Assembly: GCA_934096715.1 (NCBI GenBank) | Contig: CAKOMQ010000002.1 | Coordinates: 24,132-88,131 of the forward strand | Length of the DNA stretch: 64,000 nucleotides | Direction: 5' to 3' | Source of the DNA: an uncultured Bacilli bacterium | GTDB lineage: Bacteria; Bacillota_I; Bacilli_A; RF39; UBA660 | In this document: positions 29,405 through 39,056 of the stretch, one piece after another | How positions within the stretch are numbered: position 1 is the first letter of the stretch | Layout: each line of letters begins with the position of its first letter | Notes under the pieces: generated by a model | Database searches by the model: none | Seen by the model: the letters and a program-made list of their open reading frames with translations, nothing else | What the model was told of the DNA's origin: nothing | Translations under genes and position numbers: made by a program

Positions 29405-31475
29405 ATGCTTCTAATATATCTCCTTCTTTAATATCATTAAAGTTTTCTAGAGTAATACCACATTCAAAACCTTTTTTCATTTCTTTAACATGATCTTTAC
29501 CTTTTTGCAATGAAGATATTTTATCTTCTTGAATAACTATACCATCTCTTATAACTCTTACACTTGAGTTATTCTTAATTATTCCATCTACCACCATACA
29601 ACCTGCTATATTACCTATCTTAGAGAATTTAAATATCTTTCTAATTTCAGCACTACCAGATACTACTTCTTTAAATTCTGGATCTAACATACCATTAATA
29701 GCATCTTCCATTTCTTCAACTAACTTATAGATAATTGTATACAATCTTATATCGACATTATATTGTTTAGCAACTTCTTTAGTAATATTAGAAGGTACAA
29801 CATTAAAACCAATTATAATAGCATCACTTGCATTAGCTAACACTACATCACTTTCAGTAATAGTACCAATACCACTACGAATAACTTTTACTACTACATC
29901 TTTAATTCTAATTTTTTCAAGAGCATTCTTAACTGCTTCTTCACTACCCCTAACATCTGCTTTTAAAACAACATTAACTTCTTTAGTACCGCCTTCAATT
30001 TTCTTAAATAAGTCATCTAAAGACACAACATTCTTCTTATACTTAGATAATTCTTGTTTCTTTCTTTTCTCAGCAATACTTTTAGCTTCACTTTCAGTTT
30101 CAAATGCCATAAATTTATCTCCAGCACTTGGATTTTCAGAAATACCTGTTACTTCAACTGGTGTCGAAGGTCCAGCTTCAACAATAGGCATACCTAAGTC
30201 ATTCTTCATAGTTCTGATTTTACCAAAAGCAGTTCCTACTACAACAGGATCTCCTATTCTTAAAGTACCATTTTGAATTAAGAAACTAGCTACTCCACCA
30301 ACATTCTTATCTACTTTACTTTCGATAACAGCACCCATAGCATATCTATTTGGATTAGCTTTCAACTCACTCATTTCACTAATAGTTTCAATAGTTTCTA
30401 AAAGCAAATCAATACCTTCTCCAGTATGAGCAGAAATATTAATAAATGGAATATCTCCACCCCATGATTCAGGAGTTATATTTATTTCAGCCATTTCTGT
30501 ATATATTCTTTCAATATTAGCATCTGGCTTATCTATTTTATTAACAGCAACAATTATCGGAACACCAGCACTTTTCGCATGATCAACAGCTTCCTTAGTT
30601 TGTGGCATTACACCATCATCTGCTGCTACTATAATAATAACTATATCTGTAACACTAGCACCCCTAGCACGCATCTCTGTAAATGCAGCATGTCCTGGAG
30701 TATCAATAAAAGTTATCTTATTACCATTATGTTCTATTTGATAAGCACCTATATGTTGTGTAATTCCCCCAAATTCAGTATCTACTACTTTAGAATGTCT
30801 AATATAATCAAGAAGAGTTGTTTTACCATGATCTACATGTCCCATAATAGTTACTATAGGTGGTCTTTTAACTAGATCTTCTTCATTATCTATAACTTCA
30901 AATTCTTCAAAATTACTTACATCTTGAGTACTTTCTCTTTTAAGAGTTTTTCCATAATCTAAAACGACAATTTCAGCACTTTCATAATCAATTTGATCAT
31001 TTAAACCAGCCATTATACCTAATTCCATAAGCTTTTTAATTATGTCAGTACCTTTACAATTCAATTCTGTAGCTAATTCATTAACTGTCATATTATTCTT
31101 ATAAAGAGCAATATTTTCACTAGTTTTATTATTTGATTGTAATTTTTCTTTATGCTTATACATTTCTTTTTTCTTTAAAGCAAAATCACTTTGTTCTACA
31201 TTACTCTTTTGAACTTTAACTTTATTTTTAGAATTATTATCTTTAATATTCTTACTTTCCATTATTCCATAAGCTATATCTTCTAAGTTTTCATCTTCAT
31301 CATAACTCATATCTTCATCTGTACTTATTAAATTCAAAGTATTATCTAAAAATATAATATCATCATCTGTTAAAATATCATCACTACCTGTAGGACTTAA
31401 ACTTAATTCCTTACATTTTTTTAATACTTCTTGTATAGACAATCCAAGTTCATTAGCATACTCTTTTACTGTCAT
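29376..31475 (-). CDS. infB: Translation initiation factor IF-2
   Basis: G-domain motifs [21 protein letters not shown]. 699 aa. Confidence 0.95.
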   Translation of the reverse strand: MTVKEYANELGLSIQEVLKKCKELSLSPTGSDDILTDDDIIFLDNTLNLISTDEDMSYDEDENLEDIAYGIMESKNIKDNNSKNKVKVQKSNVEQSDFALKKKEMYKHKEKLQSNNKTSENIALYKNNMTVNELATELNCKGTDIIKKLMELGIMAGLNDQIDYESAEIVVLDYGKTLKRESTQDVSNFEEFEVIDNEEDLVKRPPIVTIMGHVDHGKTTLLDYIRHSKVVDTEFGGITQHIGAYQIEHNGNKITFIDTPGHAAFTEMRARGASVTDIVIIIVAADDGVMPQTKEAVDHAKSAGVPIIVAVNKIDKPDANIERIYTEMAEINITPESWGGDIPFINISAHTGEGIDLLLETIETISEMSELKANPNRYAMGAVIESKVDKNVGGVASFLIQNGTLRIGDPVVVGTAFGKIRTMKNDLGMPIVEAGPSTPVEVTGISENPSAGDKFMAFETESEAKSIAEKRKKQELSKYKKNVVSLDDLFKKIEGGTKEVNVVLKADVRGSEEAVKNALEKIRIKDVVVKVIRSGIGTITESDVVLANASDAIIIGFNVVPSNITKEVAKQYNVDIRLYTIIYKLVEEMEDAINGMLDPEFKEVVSGSAEIRKIFKFSKIGNIAGCMVVDGIIKNNSSVRVIRDGIVIQEDKISSLQKGKDHVKEMKKGFECGITLENFNDIKEGDILEAFELVEVKNA

Positions 31476-31494
31476 TCTTTCACTCTCCTTTTCT

Positions 31495-31755
31495 TTATTT
31501 TATTATATCTAATAATTCATCATATATCTTATCTGGTACTTCTACTTCTAAATGTCTATCTAATATTTTACTCTTTCTCGCTTTATTTATTACATCTACA
31601 TCTTTTTTTAAATAAGCACCCCTACCATTTAACTTCCCAGATAAATCAATCTCTACATCACCACTAGTAGTTCTAACTACTCTAATCAAATCTTTCTTTT
31701 CACATTTTTCATGCGACACGACACATGTACGCATTGGTATTTTTCTCTGTTTCAT
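31495..31755 (-). CDS. ylxR: YlxR-like (DUF448) RNA-binding protein
   Basis: RTCVVS...GRGAY motif. Lies between nusA and infB. Confidence 0.8.
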   Translation of the reverse strand: MKQRKIPMRTCVVSHEKCEKKDLIRVVRTTSGDVEIDLSGKLNGRGAYLKKDVDVINKARKSKILDRHLEVEVPDKIYDELLDIIK

Positions 31756-31761
31756 AATATT

Positions 31762-32904
31762 TTATTTATTTCCTTCTTGATTTATTTGTGATAATGTTTT
31801 AATTTCAATTTTATATTTAGTTAATTTAGAAGCAAGTCTTATATTACTTCCTTTCTTACCTATAGCTAGACTTAAATTATCATCATCTACTATAGCTAAA
31901 GCTTCTTTCTTTTCTTCATCTAATATATTAACAATAACATTCTTAGCTGGAGCAAGTGCATTAGCTATATATTCTTTAGGATCTTCACTATATAAAATTA
32001 AATCTACTTTTTCTCCATTTAATTCTTTAAGAATACCTGCTATTCTTGAACCCCTTTCTCCAATACAAGATCCAATTGCATCTATTCTTTCATTCATACT
32101 ACCAACAGCCACTTTACTTCTAATACCTGCTTCACGAGCAACTCCATAAAGTACTATATCTCCTGATTGTAATTCTGGTATAAATGATTCAAATAATCTT
32201 TTAACAAATCCATAATGTTTTCTACTAAGTAAGATTACAGGTCCTTTATTATTAGTATCTACTTTAGTAACATATACTCTTATATTAGAACCCATTACTA
32301 TTTTTTCTCCAGGTATTATTTCGCTCTTAGGAAGTATTCCCCTAGTTCTACCTAAATCTATATAATAGTTTCTTTGATCTTCCATTGCTACTAAACCTAG
32401 CATTAATTCATATTCTTTATCACTAAATTCTTCAATAATGCTATTCTTTTCTGCTTCTCTTATTTTTTGAGTAACAACTTGTTTTGCAGTACCAGCCGCT
32501 ACACGACCAAAATCTTTTGGAGTAACTTCTTTTTCAATTGTATCTCCTACTTCACATAGTGGATCAATCTTACGAGCATCTTCTAAAAGTATTTGCGCAT
32601 CAAGATTAATTTCTGGTGCTACATCTACTTCATTACCTTCTTCATCTATAATAGTAGTTCCTTCATCAATTTCATCTACTACTACTAAATAAGAATATAC
32701 TTTGATTTCTCCTGTTTCACGATTAATATCCACTCTAACATTAGTTTTAGAATCAAAGTTCTTTTTATATGCAGTTTGCATAGCTAATTGCATTGCATCA
32801 AAAACAACATCTTCACTAATATTCTTTTCTTTAACTATATTATTAAGTGCTTTAATAAATGCTTTACTATCCATTTTATACATCCCTTTCTTTACTAATA
32901 ACAT
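31762..32904 (-). CDS. nusA: Transcription termination/antitermination factor NusA
   Basis: S1 and KH domains. Conserved position. Confidence 0.9.
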   Translation of the reverse strand: MLLVKKGMYKMDSKAFIKALNNIVKEKNISEDVVFDAMQLAMQTAYKKNFDSKTNVRVDINRETGEIKVYSYLVVVDEIDEGTTIIDEEGNEVDVAPEINLDAQILLEDARKIDPLCEVGDTIEKEVTPKDFGRVAAGTAKQVVTQKIREAEKNSIIEEFSDKEYELMLGLVAMEDQRNYYIDLGRTRGILPKSEIIPGEKIVMGSNIRVYVTKVDTNNKGPVILLSRKHYGFVKRLFESFIPELQSGDIVLYGVAREAGIRSKVAVGSMNERIDAIGSCIGERGSRIAGILKELNGEKVDLILYSEDPKEYIANALAPAKNVIVNILDEEKKEALAIVDDDNLSLAIGKKGSNIRLASKLTKYKIEIKTLSQINQEGNK

Positions 32905-33121
32905 CCATTATGTACGAATCATCACAAATATTATAATTATCAACTATTGGATTAATAATATTAGTCGCATCTACTATTTCATCTAGGTCAATACCACCTA
33001 CTTTATCAAGTACAATAGTTAAGAACTTATAGTTATTTTTATCTTCTATATAGATATCATCCACTATTAATTCTTTTTCCCCTAATATTTTAGATAATTC
33101 ACTTTTTAATTCATCAAGCAT
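32876..33121 (-). CDS. rimP: RimP-like ribosome maturation factor, N-terminal domain only (81 aa)
   Basis: DKVGGIDLDEIVDATNIINPIVD matches the RimP N-domain. Shorter than typical RimP. Confidence 0.55.
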   Translation of the reverse strand: MLDELKSELSKILGEKELIVDDIYIEDKNNYKFLTIVLDKVGGIDLDEIVDATNIINPIVDNYNICDDSYIMDVISKERDV

Positions 33122-33132
33122 ATAACCACTCC

Positions 33133-33166
33133 AAACTAATAATAAAAGTGGGATTTTCTGCCCACT
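33133..33166 (-). terminator. Rho-independent terminator for the 761-aa surface-protein gene
   Basis: Minus-strand hairpin AAGTGGGCAGAAAATCCCACTT followed by TTTTATTATT. Confidence 0.6.
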
Positions 33167-33310
33167 TAAATCTGTAACTTAATTATACCACACTTTTTCT
33201 TAATTACAAACAAAAAGTCCCATATTCATTATATGAGACTTATCTATATATAAAGACATCTACTACATAAGATAGATAGAAAGCAATAGCAGATGTTCTT
33301 TATACCAATA

Positions 33311-35596
33311 TTATTCTACCAAAATGTAGGGATTATCATAACTACCATTTCCAGATTTAACAATAACATCACTTGTTAAATAAAATACCGGACGAAAAGC
33401 AACATTGCTATTAGTGAAATCGACACTTTCTAAATTACCTGATGCATTAATTGCCCAAGAACTAAATCCACCAATATTATGATCAGCACCTAATACAATC
33501 ATAGTCCATTCTGTATTAATAATGTTTCCAGAATTTTTATAATCTGTATTAGAAGGTGATAACCAACTATTTACCAAAGAATTAGAATTAATTGGAGCTG
33601 TTAAGTCTGCTTCAGCAGAAAACACATAATCACTTGCATACATCAATCCTATTTTAGCTTGATATGTTTCATATGCAGTTGGAGAACATGGAATCGAGGC
33701 ACTAGCATTAGAATAACAATAATCAGAACCAATATTATTTTCAGTTAAATAAATACCAATCAAAGGAGATACGGTAAAATCGGGTCCACCACCCATGTTG
33801 CCATAAGTACTTACACTATTCCATGTCCAATTTTCTATTTTATTTAACCATATTGTATCTTGTAAATAACTAAATTTGGTGCTTGTAAGAAAATATTTTC
33901 CATTTAATCCTTGATAAATTTCACTATAATTAAACAAGGTATCTTCATCACTAGAATTGAATGAAATTGAACCTAACTGAGAAAATTTTATAAGTTTAAC
34001 ATGGTATGTTCCACTCGAATCAGGAAAAACTCCAATTACTCGATACAGATATTGCTGATAATTTGTCTTACATGTTGCTTGATCAGTTGTTCCGAAACAT
34101 ACAAAATTAGAAACCGAAGCATCTGCCCCAACAGCACGATACCCATCATTTATTCCCAATCCAGAGTTTTCTAACAAATTTAAATATTTACCGGAATTAA
34201 TTAAATAATCATTAAAATATTTTTCTGTCTCATATGAAATAGAAGAATGTATAATAAATCCAAGGTCATCAATAACATGTACATAATATAGACCATCCGA
34301 ATTCATAGTATAATTAATTGAATTAGATGTTATACTTTTCCATGAACATCCACTTATACTAAGTTTGTTATTAATACAATACTTTGTTAATGCTCCTTTT
34401 CCTTTTGTAAAATTAGCAGTTAAAACATTTTTATTTTTTGATAAAGATATTTTTAAAGACGACTCATCACTATTAGAACTATCAATTATTAAAAATGGAT
34501 TTTCTAAAGAACCATCTCCAATTCCACCAGCAACATTACTTTTTAAATAAAAGACAGGTCTAACACTTTCAGTATTAGTATAATAATTATATCCAATAGC
34601 ACCATCACTACGTACATCCCACGAATAATATTTGCTACTCCATAAATCATGATTTGCAATAGTCCATTCGTTATTACTATCATCATTATTGCCTAAATGA
34701 ATCCAACCTGTTTTTAATGTTATTTTACTAGGACCAGTTGACATAGACAATGCAGAAGAACCTAATGATAGTGCATAATCACTCATATATAGTAATCCAA
34801 TCTTTGCTACAGGATTTGTCCATGTTCCACCGCTACAATTAATTACAGTACTATTTATATTCATGCATAATTTATCAGAACCGTTTTTATGCATTTCATT
34901 CAAATACACGCCTTTTGGAGAACTACTAGTATATGAAGGATTACTTGATGTATTAATTCTAGTTTGAGTATTAACTGCACTCCATGTCCAATTCTCTATT
35001 TTATCACTCCACATAGCATTTTGCAGATAATTATAGGATGTATTTGTTAAAAAATAACTTCCATTTAAACCTTTATACAAATCACTATTTTCCCAGTTAG
35101 TTTTTGAATTTGTTGAATTCCACTCATATCTTCCTATAGATTTATATTTAATTAATTTAACATGGTTATCTCCATTTTCATCTGCAAACACTCCGATTAT
35201 TCTAAACATATATTTATCTTGTTTTGCTATACATTCCGATTTATCTGTTGTACCGAAACAAATAAAGTTATTTGGATTTGTCGATTCATCCACTGCACCA
35301 CTTCCAACATAACGATATCCATCGCCTACCAAATTACTTTGATACAATTCTCCCATGGTTATTAATTTATCACTAAGTAATTGCTCTTTATATTTATCAA
35401 AATATAAATAACACATACTTGTTTCTGATACTTTAACTGTAGCTTTCTTTTTATCTTGATCATATAAAAGAGAATCTTCTATTTGTTTACCATTTGAAGA
35501 CATACATCCTGATTTAGTTTGATTATAAAAATATTCATAACCAGGAAAAGTAGAATTAGTACTTTCTTGATAATTACCATTTGAATCTTCTATCAT
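33311..35596 (-). CDS. Large (761 aa as annotated) Asn/Ser/Thr-rich surface-protein body made of two homologous halves. It is currently separated from its signal-anchor coding segment (35667..35807) by a +1 frame offset at the G10 tract.
   Basis: Internal duplication (YRYVGSGAVDES..FICFGTTDKSEC..HVKLIKYKS..KIENWTWSAV versus YRAVGADASVSN..FVCFGTTDQATC..HVKLIKFSQ..KIENWTWNSV). Each half ends RPVFYL.S.V...G.GS..NP[FY]. ATG 35596 has no RBS and no signal peptide. Confidence 0.7.
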   Translation of the reverse strand: MIEDSNGNYQESTNSTFPGYEYFYNQTKSGCMSSNGKQIEDSLLYDQDKKKATVKVSETSMCYLYFDKYKEQLLSDKLITMGELYQSNLVGDGYRYVGSGAVDESTNPNNFICFGTTDKSECIAKQDKYMFRIIGVFADENGDNHVKLIKYKSIGRYEWNSTNSKTNWENSDLYKGLNGSYFLTNTSYNYLQNAMWSDKIENWTWSAVNTQTRINTSSNPSYTSSSPKGVYLNEMHKNGSDKLCMNINSTVINCSGGTWTNPVAKIGLLYMSDYALSLGSSALSMSTGPSKITLKTGWIHLGNNDDSNNEWTIANHDLWSSKYYSWDVRSDGAIGYNYYTNTESVRPVFYLKSNVAGGIGDGSLENPFLIIDSSNSDESSLKISLSKNKNVLTANFTKGKGALTKYCINNKLSISGCSWKSITSNSINYTMNSDGLYYVHVIDDLGFIIHSSISYETEKYFNDYLINSGKYLNLLENSGLGINDGYRAVGADASVSNFVCFGTTDQATCKTNYQQYLYRVIGVFPDSSGTYHVKLIKFSQLGSISFNSSDEDTLFNYSEIYQGLNGKYFLTSTKFSYLQDTIWLNKIENWTWNSVSTYGNMGGGPDFTVSPLIGIYLTENNIGSDYCYSNASASIPCSPTAYETYQAKIGLMYASDYVFSAEADLTAPINSNSLVNSWLSPSNTDYKNSGNIINTEWTMIVLGADHNIGGFSSWAINASGNLESVDFTNSNVAFRPVFYLTSDVIVKSGNGSYDNPYILVE

Positions 35597-35666
35597 AACA
35601 GCAAATAAATCACTACTAGATGTAGACGCACCAAAAATATATTTATCTAAATTTTTATTATTATAA

Positions 35667-35807
35667 GATATATAAGCACCAATTATTAATAATAATTCTA
35701 TTAAAGTAAGTGCAATAATTAAAGTTCTTTTGTGTTGTTTCTCGCCCCCCCCCCAGTAGGCTTTTTAGCTTCTGGAAGGTTGCTAATAAATTAGCATTTC
35801 TTTTCAT
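35667..35807 (-). CDS. 5' leader ORF (46 codons) of the surface-protein gene: MKRNANLLATFQKLKSLLGGG... With 10 G it terminates early. With 9 or 12 G it reads MKRNANLLATFQKLKSLLGGGEKQHKRTLIIALTLIELLLIIGAYISYNN... straight into the 761-aa frame.
   Basis: Manual translation of the minus strand. Upstream ATG (35807) to the ATG at 35596 is 211 nt, which is 1 mod 3. RBS-like GAAAGTGAG upstream. -35 TTGAAA, 17 nt, -10 TATCAT upstream. Confidence 0.65.
35745..35754 (-). repeat. Homopolymeric G10 tract (C10 on + strand) inside the 5' coding region of the surface-protein gene. Candidate slipped-strand phase-variation switch.
   Basis: 10 consecutive C/G in a ~25% GC genome. Reading-frame analysis as above. 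Flanks conserved with the 479-488 locus. Confidence 0.85.
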
Positions 35808-35848
35808 GATTTCGGGGTCTCACTTTCTATTTTTATCTAAAAAAATGA

Positions 35849-35866
35849 TACTACAAATGTGTAGTA
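35849..35866. promoter_or_regulatory. 7-bp inverted repeat TACTACA-N4-TGTAGTA in the spacer of the putative promoter (-35 TTGAAA, -10 TATCAT on the minus strand) of the surface-protein gene. Candidate operator.
   Basis: Read directly from sequence. Confidence 0.4.
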
Positions 35867-35869
35867 TTT

Positions 35870-36604
35870 TCAAGTAGATGTTGTTAACTTTTTTAAAAAA
35901 TCCTTGCTTTTTAAATATAACCCTGTATAGTCTTCATAATAACAAGATAAGAATCTATTAATTTGATCTACTAACTTAGAATCTATTTTTAATGTAGATA
36001 TACTTTTAATATCTACTAAATAATACATATTTAATAGTTTTATTATTCTTAAGTCTAATAATTCTTCTCCCCTATAACAATCTATACATACTAGACCACC
36101 ACGTTCTAAAGATAAAGTTACTATATTATTCTTTTTATTACATACATTACAACTTTCTAAGTTTAATCCAACTCCTAAATAATCTAAATATTTAACTTCT
36201 ATTATATTAGTAATTATTAAAGGATCTAAATTATCATCTATTTTAATTAAAGCATTAATTAAATCTTCATATATATTTATATCATTAGATTGTTTTAATA
36301 CTTGATAAGTAAGTTCTAATAAATAAGAAGCATAACTTATTTTTAATATATCATTCTTTATATTAACAAAAGGATTAATTATATCAACACTAGAAAGAAG
36401 AGAAAGTTTATTCTCTTTATAATAAATATTAAACATACCATATGTAAGTTTCATAGTAGATGCTCTTAACTTAGACTTCATACTTTTAGCACCCTTACAC
36501 ATAACTCCTATAACACCATGTTCTTTAGTTATTATATTTATTATCTTACTACTTTCTCCATATGGAGTTTCTTTTATTATTAATCCTTCTACTACTTCTA
36601 TCAT
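35870..36604 (-). CDS. recO: DNA repair protein RecO
   Basis: N-terminal OB-fold sequence MIEVVEGLIIKETPYGESSKII. Position after era. Confidence 0.8.
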   Translation of the reverse strand: MIEVVEGLIIKETPYGESSKIINIITKEHGVIGVMCKGAKSMKSKLRASTMKLTYGMFNIYYKENKLSLLSSVDIINPFVNIKNDILKISYASYLLELTYQVLKQSNDINIYEDLINALIKIDDNLDPLIITNIIEVKYLDYLGVGLNLESCNVCNKKNNIVTLSLERGGLVCIDCYRGEELLDLRIIKLLNMYYLVDIKSISTLKIDSKLVDQINRFLSCYYEDYTGLYLKSKDFLKKLTTST

Positions 36605-36737
36605 CTTTACTTCTTTTCTATCTTTTTATAATTTAAATAATCTTCTACTTTACCAGACTTTTTAAATATATTCCAAGCTTCTTTCTTATTCATTAAAATC
36701 ACCTTCCTAATAATATATTGTGAAGGTGATTTATTTT

Positions 36738-37619
36738 TTATTCATAATCAAAGAAACCTAATTCTTTTAAATACTTTTCTTTTTCTTTCCAATTTTCTAT
36801 TGTTTTAACATATAATTCTAGATACACTTTTTTATTAAACATTTCTTCTAAGTCTTCACGTGCTTTTATACCTACACTTTTTAACTTATCTCCATGTTTA
36901 CCTATAATCATACCTTTTATATTATTTCTATCCACTATAATATCAACAGATATATTAACTATATCTTTTTTATTTTCAATACTTACACAATGACAAGTAA
37001 TTGAATGGGGTATCTCTTCACTAGTAGAGTTAAGTAATTTTTCTCTAACTACTTCACTAACCATAAATTGACTAGAAGATGAAGTTACCATATTTTCATC
37101 ATAATACTTTATTTCATCTGTTAAGTATTTCTTTATAACTTCAATTAATCTATCTATATTATCATCTTTTAAAGCACTTACAGGTACTATTTCACTAAAT
37201 GGATAATCTTTATATTTATCTATAGCTTTAATTAACTTTTCACGTGATACTTTATCTATTTTATTCATAACAAGTATTACAGGAATGTCACTATTTTTTA
37301 ATGTCTCCATTAAATATTCATCGCCCCTACCAATACCTGCATCTACATCAACTACAAAAAGTATTGCATCAACATCTTTAGTTAACGCAAAAGCTTGCTT
37401 ATTTAATACCTTACCAAGTTTATTAATAGGCTTAGATATACCAGGAGTATCTACAAATACTATTTGACACTCAGGTTCATTATATATACCTTCAATTAAA
37501 TTACGAGTAGTACCAGCAACATTACTAGTTATAGCAATATGTGCATTAGTAACTCGATTAAGGATACTACTCTTACCTACATTAGGTCTACCCACTAAAC
37601 TTACAAAACCACTCTTCAT
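36738..37619 (-). CDS. era: GTPase Era
   Basis: G1 GRPNVGKSS, DTPG, NKID. C-terminal KH domain. Confidence 0.9.
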   Translation of the reverse strand: MKSGFVSLVGRPNVGKSSILNRVTNAHIAITSNVAGTTRNLIEGIYNEPECQIVFVDTPGISKPINKLGKVLNKQAFALTKDVDAILFVVDVDAGIGRGDEYLMETLKNSDIPVILVMNKIDKVSREKLIKAIDKYKDYPFSEIVPVSALKDDNIDRLIEVIKKYLTDEIKYYDENMVTSSSSQFMVSEVVREKLLNSTSEEIPHSITCHCVSIENKKDIVNISVDIIVDRNNIKGMIIGKHGDKLKSVGIKAREDLEEMFNKKVYLELYVKTIENWKEKEKYLKELGFFDYE

Positions 37620-37626
37620 AATTCAC

Positions 37627-38025
37627 CTATACAAATAGTCCTATTATATAAGGAGCAAATATTATAAAGTTAGCTAAAAGTGCAAGTATTGTCATAATAC
37701 CAGTCGCAGCACTTCCACAATCTTTAGCTACTTTAGCAAGTGGATGATATTCTTCAGTAACTAAATCAACTGTAGCTTCAATCGCTGTATTAATTAATTC
37801 AGTTATTGCAATTAACATTAAACTACCAAAAGATATAACCCACTCTACAAAGTCTATATCAAATATCATTCCAAATATAATTATAACAATTGCACCCAAT
37901 GCTTCAAGTAAAAAACTTGTTTCATTCATAAAACAAAACTTTAAACCATCTAAGGAATACTTACATTTATTTAGTACATTTCTAATCATACTAACTTTTA
38001 CTTTTTCTTGTCCATATACTTTCAT
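37627..38025 (-). CDS. dgkA: Diacylglycerol/undecaprenol kinase (DgkA family)
   Basis: Small 3-TM protein between ybeY and era, as in the Bacillus yqf operon. Confidence 0.65.
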   Translation of the reverse strand: MKVYGQEKVKVSMIRNVLNKCKYSLDGLKFCFMNETSFLLEALGAIVIIIFGMIFDIDFVEWVISFGSLMLIAITELINTAIEATVDLVTEEYHPLAKVAKDCGSAATGIMTILALLANFIIFAPYIIGLFV

Positions 38026-38443
38026 TTAACATCTTCTCCTGCAAATCAAACATTACTTTTTCATCTTTTTTATTCATATGGTCATAACCAAGTAAATGTA
38101 AGAGTCCATGTACTGTTAAGAAACCTAACTCCCTTGTTTCATTATGTCCATATTCTTTAGCTTGACTAATCATTCTAGGAATACATATATATATTTCTCC
38201 TAAAAATCTAAAATCTTTATAATCTACTCTATCATTATCTTCAAAAGCAAAACTTAATACATCCGTAACTTTATCTATATCACGATATTTTCTATTTAAA
38301 TCTCTTATTGTTTCTTCATCAACAAATACAATACTAAAAATAGACTTCTTTGCTTTCTCATGTTTTAAAGTTCTCTTTATTAACTTATTTAAAAACTTAT
38401 AGTTTTTATCATAACCATATACATTACTAATACTATATTGCAT
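37991..38443 (-). CDS. ybeY: Endoribonuclease YbeY (rRNA maturation)
   Basis: HGLLHLLGYDH zinc-binding motif. Confidence 0.85.
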   Translation of the reverse strand: MQYSISNVYGYDKNYKFLNKLIKRTLKHEKAKKSIFSIVFVDEETIRDLNRKYRDIDKVTDVLSFAFEDNDRVDYKDFRFLGEIYICIPRMISQAKEYGHNETRELGFLTVHGLLHLLGYDHMNKKDEKVMFDLQEKMLNESIWTRKSKS

Positions 38444-39056
38444 TAATCATCACTTCCCAATAACCCAAAAAATAAATTATCAATATAACAATAATAATTA
38501 TCCATATTATATTATAAAATAACGAACTTTTAAAGAAGTCAGGCAAATGTTTTTGCAATTTCTTAAACAATTTATATAAAATATATCCTAGAATTGTTCC
38601 TAAAACATTTAAAAATATATCATCAACATCAAAACTACGACCAATATTTAATTGAATAAATTCAACACTTGCACTAGTAACAATACTAGTTATAAGAATT
38701 GGCCAAATATTTTTAGACTTAATATAGTCACTTATTAAATAACCAAAAGGTATAAATATTAAGATATTACCAACAACATTCATCATAAACATCCTAGATC
38801 CAATATCATATCTTAATATTTCTGAAAATGGTACTAGATTCATTCCACCATTATGATTAATTTCTGTTGTAGTTAACAATTCAAATAATAACCATAAATA
38901 AATAATTGAAAATATTAACATACATTCTTTATATAAAACAAACTTTTCTTTATGATTTTGTAAATAAAAGAATCTTACTATACATATTGCAATTAAAAAT
39001 ACAAGTAACATAGGCCACGTATTATTAAGAACTCTCTCCAGTATCACTTTTATCAT
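38433..39056 (-). CDS. VanZ-like family membrane protein
   Basis: Multi-TM with VanZ-like NLVPF motif. Confidence 0.5.
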   Translation of the reverse strand: MIKVILERVLNNTWPMLLVFLIAICIVRFFYLQNHKEKFVLYKECMLIFSIIYLWLLFELLTTTEINHNGGMNLVPFSEILRYDIGSRMFMMNVVGNILIFIPFGYLISDYIKSKNIWPILITSIVTSASVEFIQLNIGRSFDVDDIFLNVLGTILGYILYKLFKKLQKHLPDFFKSSLFYNIIWIIIIVILIIYFLGYWEVMINAI

